NCBI GenBank assembly: GCA_965200575.1
Contig: OZ241363.1
Location: 1,320,212 to 1,384,211, forward strand
From: Thermoanaerobaculia bacterium
GTDB lineage: Bacteria > Acidobacteriota > Thermoanaerobaculia > Multivoradales > Multivoraceae
Length of the DNA: 64,000 nucleotides
Direction of reading: 5' to 3'
Shown in pieces: positions 47,461 through 56,025 of this stretch. The position numbers and the translations under genes were made by a program. The first letter of the stretch is position 1. Each line of letters opens with the position of its first letter. Below the pieces are notes generated by a model, which worked only from the letters and a program-made list of their open reading frames with translations, was not told where the DNA came from and searched no databases.

Positions 47461-48116
47461 GCCCCGCGGTCGTCGGTCCTCTTGCGGTCATCCTTGGCTA
47501 CCTGCTTGGGTCGCTGCCGTGGAGCTGGATCATCGTGCGGCTTCATGCCGGCATCGACGTGCGGACCGTGGGCAGCAAGAGCGCCGGCGCCACGAACGTC
47601 CTGCGGGTTTCGGGCCGGTGGGCGGCGCTGCTGGCGCTGGCGCTCGATGCCGTCAAGGGATCGGCGGCGGTGCTGCTGGCGCGCGAGATGGAGGTCGGCG
47701 CCTGGTGGCTGGCGGCAGCCGCGGCGGCCGCGGTCGGCGGGCACGTCTTCCCGGTCTTCCTGGCGTTCAGGGGCGGCAAGGGAGTGGCCACCGCGGCCGG
47801 GAGCCTGGCGCTCCTGACCCCGTGGGCCGGGCTTGGCGCCCTCCTGGTGTTTGTCGTCCTCGTGGCGTGGAAGCGCTACGTGTCGCTTGGCTCCATCGCG
47901 GCGGCCGGAGTGCTGCCGATCCTGGTCGCGGTGCGCTGGCTGGGCGGCCTCTACCGGCAGCCCGACGGCATCGACTCGGGCGCTGCCCTCGTCCTGGGTA
48001 CGGCGGTGATCGCGGCGCTCGTCGTGTTCAAGCATCGCGCCAACATGGCGCGGCTGCGGGCAGGCACGGAATCGCGCCTGGGCTCGTCCGGCCCCGCCGC
48101 GGGCGGCAAGGCTTGA
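47457..48116 (+). CDS. plsY: Glycerol-3-phosphate acyltransferase PlsY (acyl-phosphate dependent)
   Basis: The GTG start overlaps the cinA stop. The PlsY motif GSKSAGATNVLR and a five-TM profile are present. Confidence 0.8.
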   Translation: MSPAVVGPLAVILGYLLGSLPWSWIIVRLHAGIDVRTVGSKSAGATNVLRVSGRWAALLALALDAVKGSAAVLLAREMEVGAWWLAAAAAAAVGGHVFPVFLAFRGGKGVATAAGSLALLTPWAGLGALLVFVVLVAWKRYVSLGSIAAAGVLPILVAVRWLGGLYRQPDGIDSGAALVLGTAVIAALVVFKHRANMARLRAGTESRLGSSGPAAGGKA

Positions 48117-49162
48117 GCGCGGAGGGCATCGCGGTTCTGGGCGCCGGCGCCTGGGGCACGGCGCTGGCGGTCCACGCGGCTCGCAACGGTTCGCCGGTGG
48201 TTCTCTGGGCCCGTTCGCCCGAGTTCGGCGCCCGGCTGGCCGCCGAGCGGGTGAACGACCGCTACCTGACGGGAGTCGAGCTGCCGCCGAGCCTGCGCGT
48301 CACCTGGGATCTGCGCGAGACGGCCGCCCTCGGCACGGTCCTGGTCGTGGTGCCCTCGCATGCGTTTCGAGCCGTGCTCCGAGCCTGGTTCGCCGCGCGG
48401 GCCGGTCTGCCGGACGGTGCGTCGCCGCCCGAGCGGATCACGCTCGTGTCGGGCGCCAAGGGCCTCGACGCCGAGGAGGGGGGGCGGCTGCGGCTCATGG
48501 GCCAGGTCTGCGCCGCCGAAGCAATGGCGGCCGGAGTGGACATGGACTTCGCCACCGTCAGCGGGCCCTCGTTCGCGGCCGAGCTCGTCGCCGAGTGGCC
48601 CACCGCCTGCGTTGTTGCGTCCGGATGCGCCGAGGTCGCGGAGCGGCTGCAGGGCCAGCTCTCGGCCGGCGCGCTTCGCCTTTACACCTCGACCGACGTG
48701 ACCGGCGTCGAGATGGCCGGGGCGGCGAAGAACGTGATCGCGATCGCCGCCGGAGTACTGGACGGACTCGGCTACGGCTCGAACACGAGGGCGGCGCTGA
48801 TCACCCGCGGTCTGCACGAGATCGTGCGCCTCGGCGTGGCGTGCGGCGGGCGTGCGGAGACCTTCGCCGGTCTGGCCGGCCTGGGCGACCTGGTGCTCAC
48901 CTGCAGCGGCGGCCTGTCCCGCAACCGGACGACCGGTGTCGAGCTGGCCAGGGGCCGTTCGCTGGCCGAGATCGAGGCGGACCGCGGCGGCGTGGCCGAG
49001 GGGGTGCGCAATGCGCGGTTCATGCTCGATCTGGCGCGGGACCACCGCGTGGAGGTGCCGATCGTCGAACAGGTGGTCGAGATTCTGCACAACGGCAGGC
49101 GCCCGGCGGAGGCGATTCGCGCCCTGATGGACCGCGAGCCCAAGGTAGAGTCCGCCCTGTAA
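48113..49162 (+). CDS. gpsA: NAD(P)H-dependent glycerol-3-phosphate dehydrogenase
   Basis: The protein begins (TTG) LSAEGIAVLGAGAWGTALAVHAARNG (Rossmann motif), with a C-terminal …GVEMAGAAKNVIAIAAG…GLGDLVLTC… block. The TTG start overlaps the plsY stop. Confidence 0.8.
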   Translation: MSAEGIAVLGAGAWGTALAVHAARNGSPVVLWARSPEFGARLAAERVNDRYLTGVELPPSLRVTWDLRETAALGTVLVVVPSHAFRAVLRAWFAARAGLPDGASPPERITLVSGAKGLDAEEGGRLRLMGQVCAAEAMAAGVDMDFATVSGPSFAAELVAEWPTACVVASGCAEVAERLQGQLSAGALRLYTSTDVTGVEMAGAAKNVIAIAAGVLDGLGYGSNTRAALITRGLHEIVRLGVACGGRAETFAGLAGLGDLVLTCSGGLSRNRTTGVELARGRSLAEIEADRGGVAEGVRNARFMLDLARDHRVEVPIVEQVVEILHNGRRPAEAIRALMDREPKVESAL

Positions 49163-50763
49163 TGGTCGCCACGCCGCCGGACGCGGCCGAACCATCCGCC
49201 GTCGCCGAGCAGGAGACCGTTCTGGTCCTCGACTTCGGCGGCCAGTACACGCAGCTGATCGCCCGGCGCGTGCGGGAGCTTCGGGTCTACTGCGAGATCG
49301 TGCCGTTCGACCGCCCGGCCGAGGAGATCGCGGCCCGGCGGCCGGTCGGGATCGTGCTTTCCGGCGGCCCGGAGAGCGTCTACGCCGCGAACGCTCCGCA
49401 GGCCGACCGGGAGCTGCTGCGGCTCGGCGTTCCCGTGCTCGGCATCTGTTACGGAATGCAGTGGATGTGCCAGGTCCTGGGCGGCCGGGTGGTGGCGTCG
49501 GGCAGGCGCGAGTACGGTCGCACCGGCATCACCGTGAAGGCGGAGGGCAGCGGGCTGTTTCGCGATCTCGACGCCGAGCAGCAGGTGTGGATGTCGCACG
49601 GCGACCGCGTCGACGCGCTGCCGCCCGGCCTTGCCGCGACGGCCTCCGCGCCGACGGTGCCGGTGGTGGCGGTGGAGGACGCGGAGAGGTCGCTGTTCGG
49701 GATTCAGTTCCACCCCGAGGTCACCCACACAGACGGCGGTCGGGACATGCTCCGCAACTTCCTCCACGGGGCGTGCGGCGCCGCGGGAGCCTGGCGGATG
49801 GCGTCGTACGTCGAGGAAGCGACGTCCGCTGTCGCCGAGCTTGTCGGGCCCACCGACCGGGTCCTCTGCGCGCTGTCGGGCGGCGTCGATTCCGCCGTTG
49901 CCGCCAGCCTGGTGCAGCGCGCCGTGGGCGACCGGCTGACCGCCGTGTTCGTCGACAACGGGCTGCTGCGGAAAAACGAGCGCACGAGGGTCGAGCGCAG
50001 CCTCCGGGAGGGGCTTGACCTGCGCCTGGTGGTGGTCGACGCGGCGGCGGAGTTTTTGGCCGCGCTCGCCGGCGTCACGGACCCGGAGCAGAAGCGCCGG
50101 ACGATCGGCCGCGTCTTCATCGAGGCCTTCCGGCGCGAGGCGAGGAGGCTGGAGCGAGACTCCGGCGGCAGCTTTCGCCACCTGGTCCAGGGCACGCTCT
50201 ACCCGGACGTCATCGAGTCCGTCTCTGCCTTCGGACCATCGGCGAAGATCAAGAGTCACCACAACGTGGGCGGACTGCCCGAACGCCTGGGCTTCGACCT
50301 GGTCGAGCCGCTGCGGTTCCTGTTCAAGGACGAGGTGCGCGCGCTCGGGCGGGAACTGGGTCTTGGCCCCGGCTTCCTGGGCCGTCACCCGTTCCCGGGC
50401 CCCGGTCTCGGCGTTCGCATCCTCGGCGAGGTCACGGCCGACCGCGTCGCCGTGCTGCAGGAGGCGGACGCCATCTTCATCGACGAGCTGCGTGCGGCGG
50501 GCCTTTACGACCGGGTCGGCCAGGCCCTGGCGGTGCTCCTGCCGGTGCAGAGCGTCGGCGTGATGGGCGACGGACGCAGCTACGAGAACGTGGTGGCGCT
50601 GCGGGCGGTGGAGACAAAGGACTTCATGACCGCGGACTGGAGCTGGCTGCCGCACGAGTTCCTGGGCCGCGTCGCGAGCCGCATCGTGAACGAGGTCTCG
50701 GGAGTCAACCGCGTCGTGTACGACCTGACCAGCAAGCCGCCGGGGACGATCGAATGGGAGTGA
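49162..50763 (+). CDS. guaA: GMP synthase (glutamine-hydrolysing)
   Basis: A GATase-1 domain (LVLDFGGQYTQLIARRVRE, GICYGMQ) is followed by an ATP-PPase domain (SGGVDSAV) and the C-terminal dimerisation block. The ATG overlaps the gpsA TAA (TAATG). Confidence 0.9.
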   Translation: MVATPPDAAEPSAVAEQETVLVLDFGGQYTQLIARRVRELRVYCEIVPFDRPAEEIAARRPVGIVLSGGPESVYAANAPQADRELLRLGVPVLGICYGMQWMCQVLGGRVVASGRREYGRTGITVKAEGSGLFRDLDAEQQVWMSHGDRVDALPPGLAATASAPTVPVVAVEDAERSLFGIQFHPEVTHTDGGRDMLRNFLHGACGAAGAWRMASYVEEATSAVAELVGPTDRVLCALSGGVDSAVAASLVQRAVGDRLTAVFVDNGLLRKNERTRVERSLREGLDLRLVVVDAAAEFLAALAGVTDPEQKRRTIGRVFIEAFRREARRLERDSGGSFRHLVQGTLYPDVIESVSAFGPSAKIKSHHNVGGLPERLGFDLVEPLRFLFKDEVRALGRELGLGPGFLGRHPFPGPGLGVRILGEVTADRVAVLQEADAIFIDELRAAGLYDRVGQALAVLLPVQSVGVMGDGRSYENVVALRAVETKDFMTADWSWLPHEFLGRVASRIVNEVSGVNRVVYDLTSKPPGTIEWE

Positions 50764-50770
50764 GCCGGGG

Positions 50771-51592
50771 ATGACCGGTGAGGATTCTGACGTGATCGAG
50801 GAGCTGTTTCGCATCGGCCCGCTGTCGGTGTCGCCGTTTGGCGTGATGCTGGTGGCAGCGCTGGTGGCGGCGCTCCTGCAACTCCGCTGGGGGCTCCGGC
50901 GGACGGGTCTGTCGAAGGCCCGCGCCGCCGACGACGCGGCCTCCATCGTGCTGGCCGGGGCCCTTGGTGGCGTGGTCGGCGGCAAGGCCTACTACGCGCT
51001 GCTGCATGGCGACTGGCAGCTGCTCTACAGCCGGGCCGGTCTGGTCTGGTACGGCGGCTTCCTGGCAGGTGCGGCGGTGGTGCTGCTGGTCATGAGGCGG
51101 AGACGGATGCCGCCCTGGAGCACCGCCGATGCGGTCGCTCCGGCGCTTGCGCTGGGCTACGGCGTGGGCCGGATCGGCTGCCTGCTGGTGGGCGACGACT
51201 ACGGCGGGCCCACCGACCTGCCGTGGGGCATGACCTTCCCACGCGGCCCGATTCCGACCGTCGCCGGCGCCATGGAGCGAGAGTTTGGGGTCGAGTTCCC
51301 GCCCGACGTTGCTGCCGACGCGCTGGTGGCGGTGCATCCGACCCAGATCTACGAGACCCTGACGTCTCTCGCGATCTTCTGGCTGGGCAGGACGCTGCTC
51401 TTGCGCGGCGTCGCGCCTGGCGGCGTGGTGTTGCCGGTCATCGGTCTGCTGTCGCTGGAGCGTTTCCTGGTCGAGTTCCTGCGCGCCAAGGACGACCGCT
51501 TCTTCGGCCCGCTGACGGTCGCTCAGCTGATCGCGGTCGCGCTGATGATCCTGATCGTGGCTCTATGGCTGCGCCGCCGCCGCGCGTCCTGA
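50771..51592 (+). CDS. lgt: Prolipoprotein diacylglyceryl transferase
   Basis: The Lgt signature HPTQIYE and GRIGC are present in a 7-TM profile. Confidence 0.85.
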   Translation: MTGEDSDVIEELFRIGPLSVSPFGVMLVAALVAALLQLRWGLRRTGLSKARAADDAASIVLAGALGGVVGGKAYYALLHGDWQLLYSRAGLVWYGGFLAGAAVVLLVMRRRRMPPWSTADAVAPALALGYGVGRIGCLLVGDDYGGPTDLPWGMTFPRGPIPTVAGAMEREFGVEFPPDVAADALVAVHPTQIYETLTSLAIFWLGRTLLLRGVAPGGVVLPVIGLLSLERFLVEFLRAKDDRFFGPLTVAQLIAVALMILIVALWLRRRRAS

Positions 51593-52416
51593 CGATCGCG
51601 GGTTCCGACTCCGGCGGCTGCTCGGGAGTCCCCGCCGACCTGCGGACCTTCGCCGCCTGGGGCGTTCACGGCCTTTGCGCCCTGACCGCAGTCACCGCCC
51701 AGAGCGCAGGCTCGGTGGATGCGGTCGAGCCGCTCGGACCGGAGGTTGTGCTGCGTCAGCTCGAGGCGGCGGGGAAGATCGGCATCGACGCGATCAAGAT
51801 CGGCATGCTGGTCGATGCACCCACGGTCGAGGCCGTCGCCTGCTGGCTGGACGGCATGCCGCCGACGCCCACGGTTCTCGACCCGGTCCTGCGTTCGACG
51901 TCCGGTGTGCCGCTGCTCGACCCGGAGGCACTGCCGGCCCTGGTGGAACGCCTGCTGCCGCGCCTGCTGCTGGTGACTCCCAATCTGTTCGAGGCGGAGG
52001 CGCTGAGCGGCATGACCATCACCGGCCCGGACCACGCCCGGCTGGCGGCGCGGCGCATCGAGCGCATGGGGCCGAGCGTTCTGGTCACCGGCGGTCACAG
52101 CCACGGGAACGAGACGTCCGGCGGCGGCGGCCGCGAGGAGGCGGGCGGCGCCGGCCAGGTGACGGACCTGCTGTTCGACGGCAACCGGTTCGAGACCTTC
52201 ACCCATCCGAGGATCCGGACGCCCTGGCGGCGCGGTACCGGCTGCATGCTCTCGGCTGCCATCGCCGCCGGGCTGGGATGGCATCAGCCGCTCCGCGACT
52301 CGGTCCGGCGCGCCGTGGCCTTCGTGGAGCGTGCGCTCAGGGGTGCCTATCCACTGGGTCGCCGCGGTGAGTTCGGCGCGCTGGACCCGATGGCGGGTCG
52401 CCGCGGCCGCCGCTGA
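51565..52416 (+). CDS. thiD: Hydroxymethylpyrimidine / phosphomethylpyrimidine kinase
   Basis: VLTIAGSDSGGCSGVPADLRTFAAWGVHG matches the ThiD N-terminus, and the PfkB-type C-terminus GTGCMLSAAIAA is present. The gene overlaps the lgt 3' end by 28 nt. Confidence 0.8.
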   Translation: MAAPPPRVLTIAGSDSGGCSGVPADLRTFAAWGVHGLCALTAVTAQSAGSVDAVEPLGPEVVLRQLEAAGKIGIDAIKIGMLVDAPTVEAVACWLDGMPPTPTVLDPVLRSTSGVPLLDPEALPALVERLLPRLLLVTPNLFEAEALSGMTITGPDHARLAARRIERMGPSVLVTGGHSHGNETSGGGGREEAGGAGQVTDLLFDGNRFETFTHPRIRTPWRRGTGCMLSAAIAAGLGWHQPLRDSVRRAVAFVERALRGAYPLGRRGEFGALDPMAGRRGRR

Positions 52417-52737
52417 AGGTCGGGGCCGCCGGTGGCAGGTCGGCAGTTCGTCGTGGACCCGCGCCGCGAGCACATCTGAACCTCCCGGTCGTGGCGATCG
52501 TGGACACGAACTGCGATCCCGAGGCCGACCTGCAGCGAGTGCGGGAAGCTGGTGGTGATGGCGCCCTCGCAGGGGTAGCAGGACGACTGACTCGCACACC
52601 GCCTGGCGAGCGACGTTGCGGTGCGCCCGGCAGCGTCCCGCGCGCGGATGCCGGGCCGGCCAGGGAATTGTGCGCGGCCCGGCGGCGTTCTTGATGGCAG
52701 GCGCCTCCGGGTCGGTCCGCGCCGCCGCAACGTCTTC

Positions 52738-52743
52738 TATAAT
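52738..52743 (+). promoter_or_regulatory. Candidate -10 element (TATAAT) 9 nt upstream of the VWA gene ATG; implies a leaderless or near-leaderless transcript
   Basis: A perfect TATAAT hexamer sits in an otherwise ~70% GC intergenic region; no clear -35 element was found. Confidence 0.25.
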
Positions 52744-52752
52744 CGCTTGCCG

Positions 52753-54537
52753 ATGGCCCCCTTGTCCTCCGTCCGTGCCTCCGTGCTCGCACCTGCTCCT
52801 GCGGTCGGTCTGATCTGCGCCCTGGCCGCTCCCCTGGCCGGTCAGGACCAGGGCGCCGGCGGGAGCTCCGGGTCGCCGCAGGCGACTTTCCTGGACACGG
52901 TCCAGGTCAAGGTCGTCAACGTGCAGGTATTCGTGCGCGACCGCGAGGGCAATCCGGTGACCGGGCTGACGAAGGACGACTTCGTCCTGATGGAGGACAA
53001 GGCGCCGGTCCCCATCTCGAACTTCCACGAGGTGCACGAACGGGTGAAGGTCGGCGAGGTTCAGGGCCAGGTCCCTGCGGAGCCGGAGTTTCGTCTGGCG
53101 GATCGTCCGGGGCTTGCCCGCCGCAACTACATCGTCCCGGAGGACGAGCGGCTGAACCTGGTGATCTACGTCGACCACCACAACATCCGCCCCCACAACC
53201 GCAACCGCTTCTTCCGCTATGTCCGGGAGTTCCTGCGCCAGCACGTCACCCGCGACGACCGCGTGATGCTGCTGACCTACAACCGGTCGGTGAAGGTCGA
53301 GCGCGAGTTCACGAGCGACCCGCAGCTCATCGCGAACGCCCTCTACGATCTCGAGGAGCACACCGGCGGCCGCACGATGTGGGACTCCGACCGGGCGGAT
53401 CTGATCCGCGACATCGGCGAGGAGGACCGCAATTACCACTTCGTGCAGGGCCGTGTGCGCATCTACGCCCAGACGATCTTCAACGACATGCAGTTCACCC
53501 TCGACGGTCTGCGTGACACGGTGATCTCGCTCGCCGGTCTGCCGGGCCGCAAGGCGTTCCTCTACGTCTCGGATGGTCTCCCGATGCGTGCCGGAGCGGA
53601 CATGTTCGAGGCGCTCGATCAGCGTGGCCGGACGGTGGATTCGCTCGAGTACAACCAGAACTTCTTTCTCGATTCGCTGCAGTACGACTCGAGCCGCCGC
53701 TTCACCGACCTGGTGAACGCCGCGAACGCCAACGAGGTCGCCTTCTACACGGTGGACGCGTCGGGTCCGATGGGCATCAACTCGCGGGACGCCTCGATGC
53801 AGGGCATGGCCTTCTCGTCGAACATCGACACCGTCGCGCGGGAGAATGTGCAGTCGTCCATCATGTACATGGCCGAGGAGACGGGCGGCCAGTACATCGT
53901 GAACACGAACAACTTCCGCGACGGCCTGAACCGCATCGCCGTGGACTTCTCCAGCTACTACTCGCTCGGTTTCCAGCCCGGCCATGCCGGCACGGGCCGC
54001 ACCTACAAGATCAAGGTCGAGCTGACGCAGGAAGCCCAGGAACGGCTCGGCCTCAGGCGCGACCGCTTCGTTCGCCATCGGCTGACCTACCGCGACAAGT
54101 CCATCGACACCGAGATGACCGAGGGCACGCTGGCGGCGCTGAAGCTGGGCTACGAGAAGAACGACCTGGACATCTCGCTGATCAAGTCGGAGGAGATCGC
54201 GCGCGAGGAGCGGGACCTCTTCACGGTGCACGTGGACGTCCAGGTGCCCATCGGCGAGATGACCCTGGTGCCGATCGGAACGCGGGGCGAGCACCTGCTG
54301 CGGGCGCGGATCTGGGTTCAGGCGCTGGCCTCGAACGGAGACCTGTCGCCGCCTCAGGTGGAGCCCTTCGAGGTGACGATTCCGCCCGAGGATCTCGAGC
54401 GGGCGATGCAGAGCTACTACACCTACACCCTGCCCCTGATCATGAAGGAAGGGGATCAGCGTCTGACCGTCGCGGTGCGGGACGAGGTTGCTGGCGAGAC
54501 GTCCTTCATTACCAGGGTGCTGCGTGTCGGTGCCTGA
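52753..54537 (+). CDS. VWA-domain protein (Acidobacteria-type VWFA-related domain, TIGR03436-like), secreted
   Basis: A signal peptide is followed by a region fitting the VWFA-related acidobacterial domain pattern (family recalled from memory), e.g. …RVMLLTYNRSVKVEREFTSD…AFYTVDASG…. Length is 594 aa. Confidence 0.65.
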   Translation: MAPLSSVRASVLAPAPAVGLICALAAPLAGQDQGAGGSSGSPQATFLDTVQVKVVNVQVFVRDREGNPVTGLTKDDFVLMEDKAPVPISNFHEVHERVKVGEVQGQVPAEPEFRLADRPGLARRNYIVPEDERLNLVIYVDHHNIRPHNRNRFFRYVREFLRQHVTRDDRVMLLTYNRSVKVEREFTSDPQLIANALYDLEEHTGGRTMWDSDRADLIRDIGEEDRNYHFVQGRVRIYAQTIFNDMQFTLDGLRDTVISLAGLPGRKAFLYVSDGLPMRAGADMFEALDQRGRTVDSLEYNQNFFLDSLQYDSSRRFTDLVNAANANEVAFYTVDASGPMGINSRDASMQGMAFSSNIDTVARENVQSSIMYMAEETGGQYIVNTNNFRDGLNRIAVDFSSYYSLGFQPGHAGTGRTYKIKVELTQEAQERLGLRRDRFVRHRLTYRDKSIDTEMTEGTLAALKLGYEKNDLDISLIKSEEIAREERDLFTVHVDVQVPIGEMTLVPIGTRGEHLLRARIWVQALASNGDLSPPQVEPFEVTIPPEDLERAMQSYYTYTLPLIMKEGDQRLTVAVRDEVAGETSFITRVLRVGA

Positions 54538-54599
54538 TCGGCGTTGCCGCCGCTCGCGGCGATGAGGCCGGCGACTGCCCCCCGCAGGCGTGTGCTCGC

Positions 54600-55109
54600 G
54601 TGAAGGCGAGGGCACTGGAAGCCGCGGCGGTTCTGGCCGGGATCGGAGGCTCCCTCGCGAGGTCGGGGGCCGCACTGATCGAGGCCGAGGTCGAGCAGTT
54701 GCGCTTCGACCTGGGGCAGAGCTGGGCGCGGGTCGTTCGGCTCGCCCTGCTGTGGGGAATCGTCGTCGGCGTCGCCTTCTGGGGTGTCGGCGCGCTGCTG
54801 TTCGCTGCCGGCGCGGGGCTTGCCTTGGTGCTTCCGGTGTGGGCGGCGGCTCTCGTGGTCGCGGGGGCTCTGGGCGTGGCGACCGTGGTCCTGCTCGTGG
54901 CCGTCCGGCGGCAGCTGCGGCGGCTGGAGTCGCCGGCCAGGACGGTGAGGCGCCGCGTCGGCAGCCACTTCGCCTTCTGGCGCGATCTGCTGCTTCAAAC
55001 CGATGACCAGGCCAACGGCGGCCAGGCCAACGGGGGCAGGGCGACCGGCGGCCCGGGCGAAGGCGACGCGCCGGCCGACGACGGCGACGGGGGGAGGGAA
55101 CCCGGATGA
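54600..55109 (+). CDS. Small membrane protein, holin-X / phage-holin-superfamily-III-like (2 TM)
   Basis: An amphipathic N-terminus (…LIEAEVEQLRFDL…) is followed by two TM helices with a …LPVWAAALVVAG… pattern, as in actinobacterial Holin-X family members. Low confidence. Confidence 0.4.
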   Translation: MKARALEAAAVLAGIGGSLARSGAALIEAEVEQLRFDLGQSWARVVRLALLWGIVVGVAFWGVGALLFAAGAGLALVLPVWAAALVVAGALGVATVVLLVAVRRQLRRLESPARTVRRRVGSHFAFWRDLLLQTDDQANGGQANGGRATGGPGEGDAPADDGDGGREPG

Positions 55110-55312
55110 GCAGGCGCTCCTCGGAGGCGCTGGCGAAGGCCGCGGCAGTGCAGCGCCGGCGCGACGACGTCGGCGAGGCGCTCGCGGACCTGCGGCACGG
55201 GCTAGGCGGCGCGCCCGGCAGACCGGTGGTCGGGCCGTGGTTCCTGCCGCTGGTGGCCGGTGCCTGCGGACTGGTCGTCGCCTGGTCGCTTCGACGACTC
55301 CTGCGCGGGTGA
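55106..55312 (+). CDS. Small (68 aa) C-terminally membrane-anchored protein (DUF3618-like?)
   Basis: The start overlaps the upstream stop (ATGA). There is a coiled N-terminus and one TM (WFLPLVAGACGLVVAW). Confidence 0.35.
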   Translation: MSRRSSEALAKAAAVQRRRDDVGEALADLRHGLGGAPGRPVVGPWFLPLVAGACGLVVAWSLRRLLRG

Positions 55313-56025
55313 GCTCCCGACGCCTCCTGCTCTTCGCCAGGGCCCCGGTTGCGGGCGAGGTGAAGACCCGCCTGATCGCTCCCGACGGTCTGACTGCGGA
55401 CGGCGCCGCCCTGCTTCATCGTGCGTTCGTGGGGGACCTGAGCCACCGCTTCGCCGACGGCGCCTGGGAGACGGTCCTGATGTGGGCGCTCGAGCCCGGC
55501 GAGGCGCCGCCCGCCGACCTGGCGCCGGACTCCATGGCCTGGCGTCGGCAGGAGGGTCGCGACCTCGGCGAGCGCCTGTATCGGGGCCTCGCGTGGGCGG
55601 CCCGCGACGCGGTCGCCGTGGCCGCAGTCGGCAGCGACCATCCCGAGCTGTCTGCTGCGCGAGTCGAGGGCGCTTTCGCCTGGCTCGAGACGGGTTGCGA
55701 CCTGGTGCTCGGCCCGGCCCGGGATGGCGGCTACTACCTGATCGGCCTGCGGCGGGAGGCTCTGCACCGTCGCCTGTTCGAGGGCATCAGGTGGAGCACG
55801 TCCTCCGTGCTTGCCGCCACCGTGGCGCACGCCGACCAGCTCGGCCTGTCCGTCAGGCAGCTGCCTGTGGAAGGGGACGTCGACACGGTTGCCGACCTGG
55901 CCCGGCTTCGCGCCGGTTTCAAGGCGGAGCCCGAGCTTCGCTCCGCCTGTCGACGCACGGCGGAGGTGCTCGGCCTGGCCGAGCTTCGCCCACCCGGTTC
56001 CGGCGCCGCCGGGGGCCTGTCGTGA
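55309..56025 (+). CDS. DUF2064 / TIGR04282-family nucleotidyltransferase-like protein
   Basis: The GTG start overlaps the upstream stop. Conserved blocks are …LLLFARAPVAGEVKTRL… and …DLVLGPARDGGYYLIGL…. Confidence 0.6.
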   Translation: MSSRRLLLFARAPVAGEVKTRLIAPDGLTADGAALLHRAFVGDLSHRFADGAWETVLMWALEPGEAPPADLAPDSMAWRRQEGRDLGERLYRGLAWAARDAVAVAAVGSDHPELSAARVEGAFAWLETGCDLVLGPARDGGYYLIGLRREALHRRLFEGIRWSTSSVLAATVAHADQLGLSVRQLPVEGDVDTVADLARLRAGFKAEPELRSACRRTAEVLGLAELRPPGSGAAGGLS

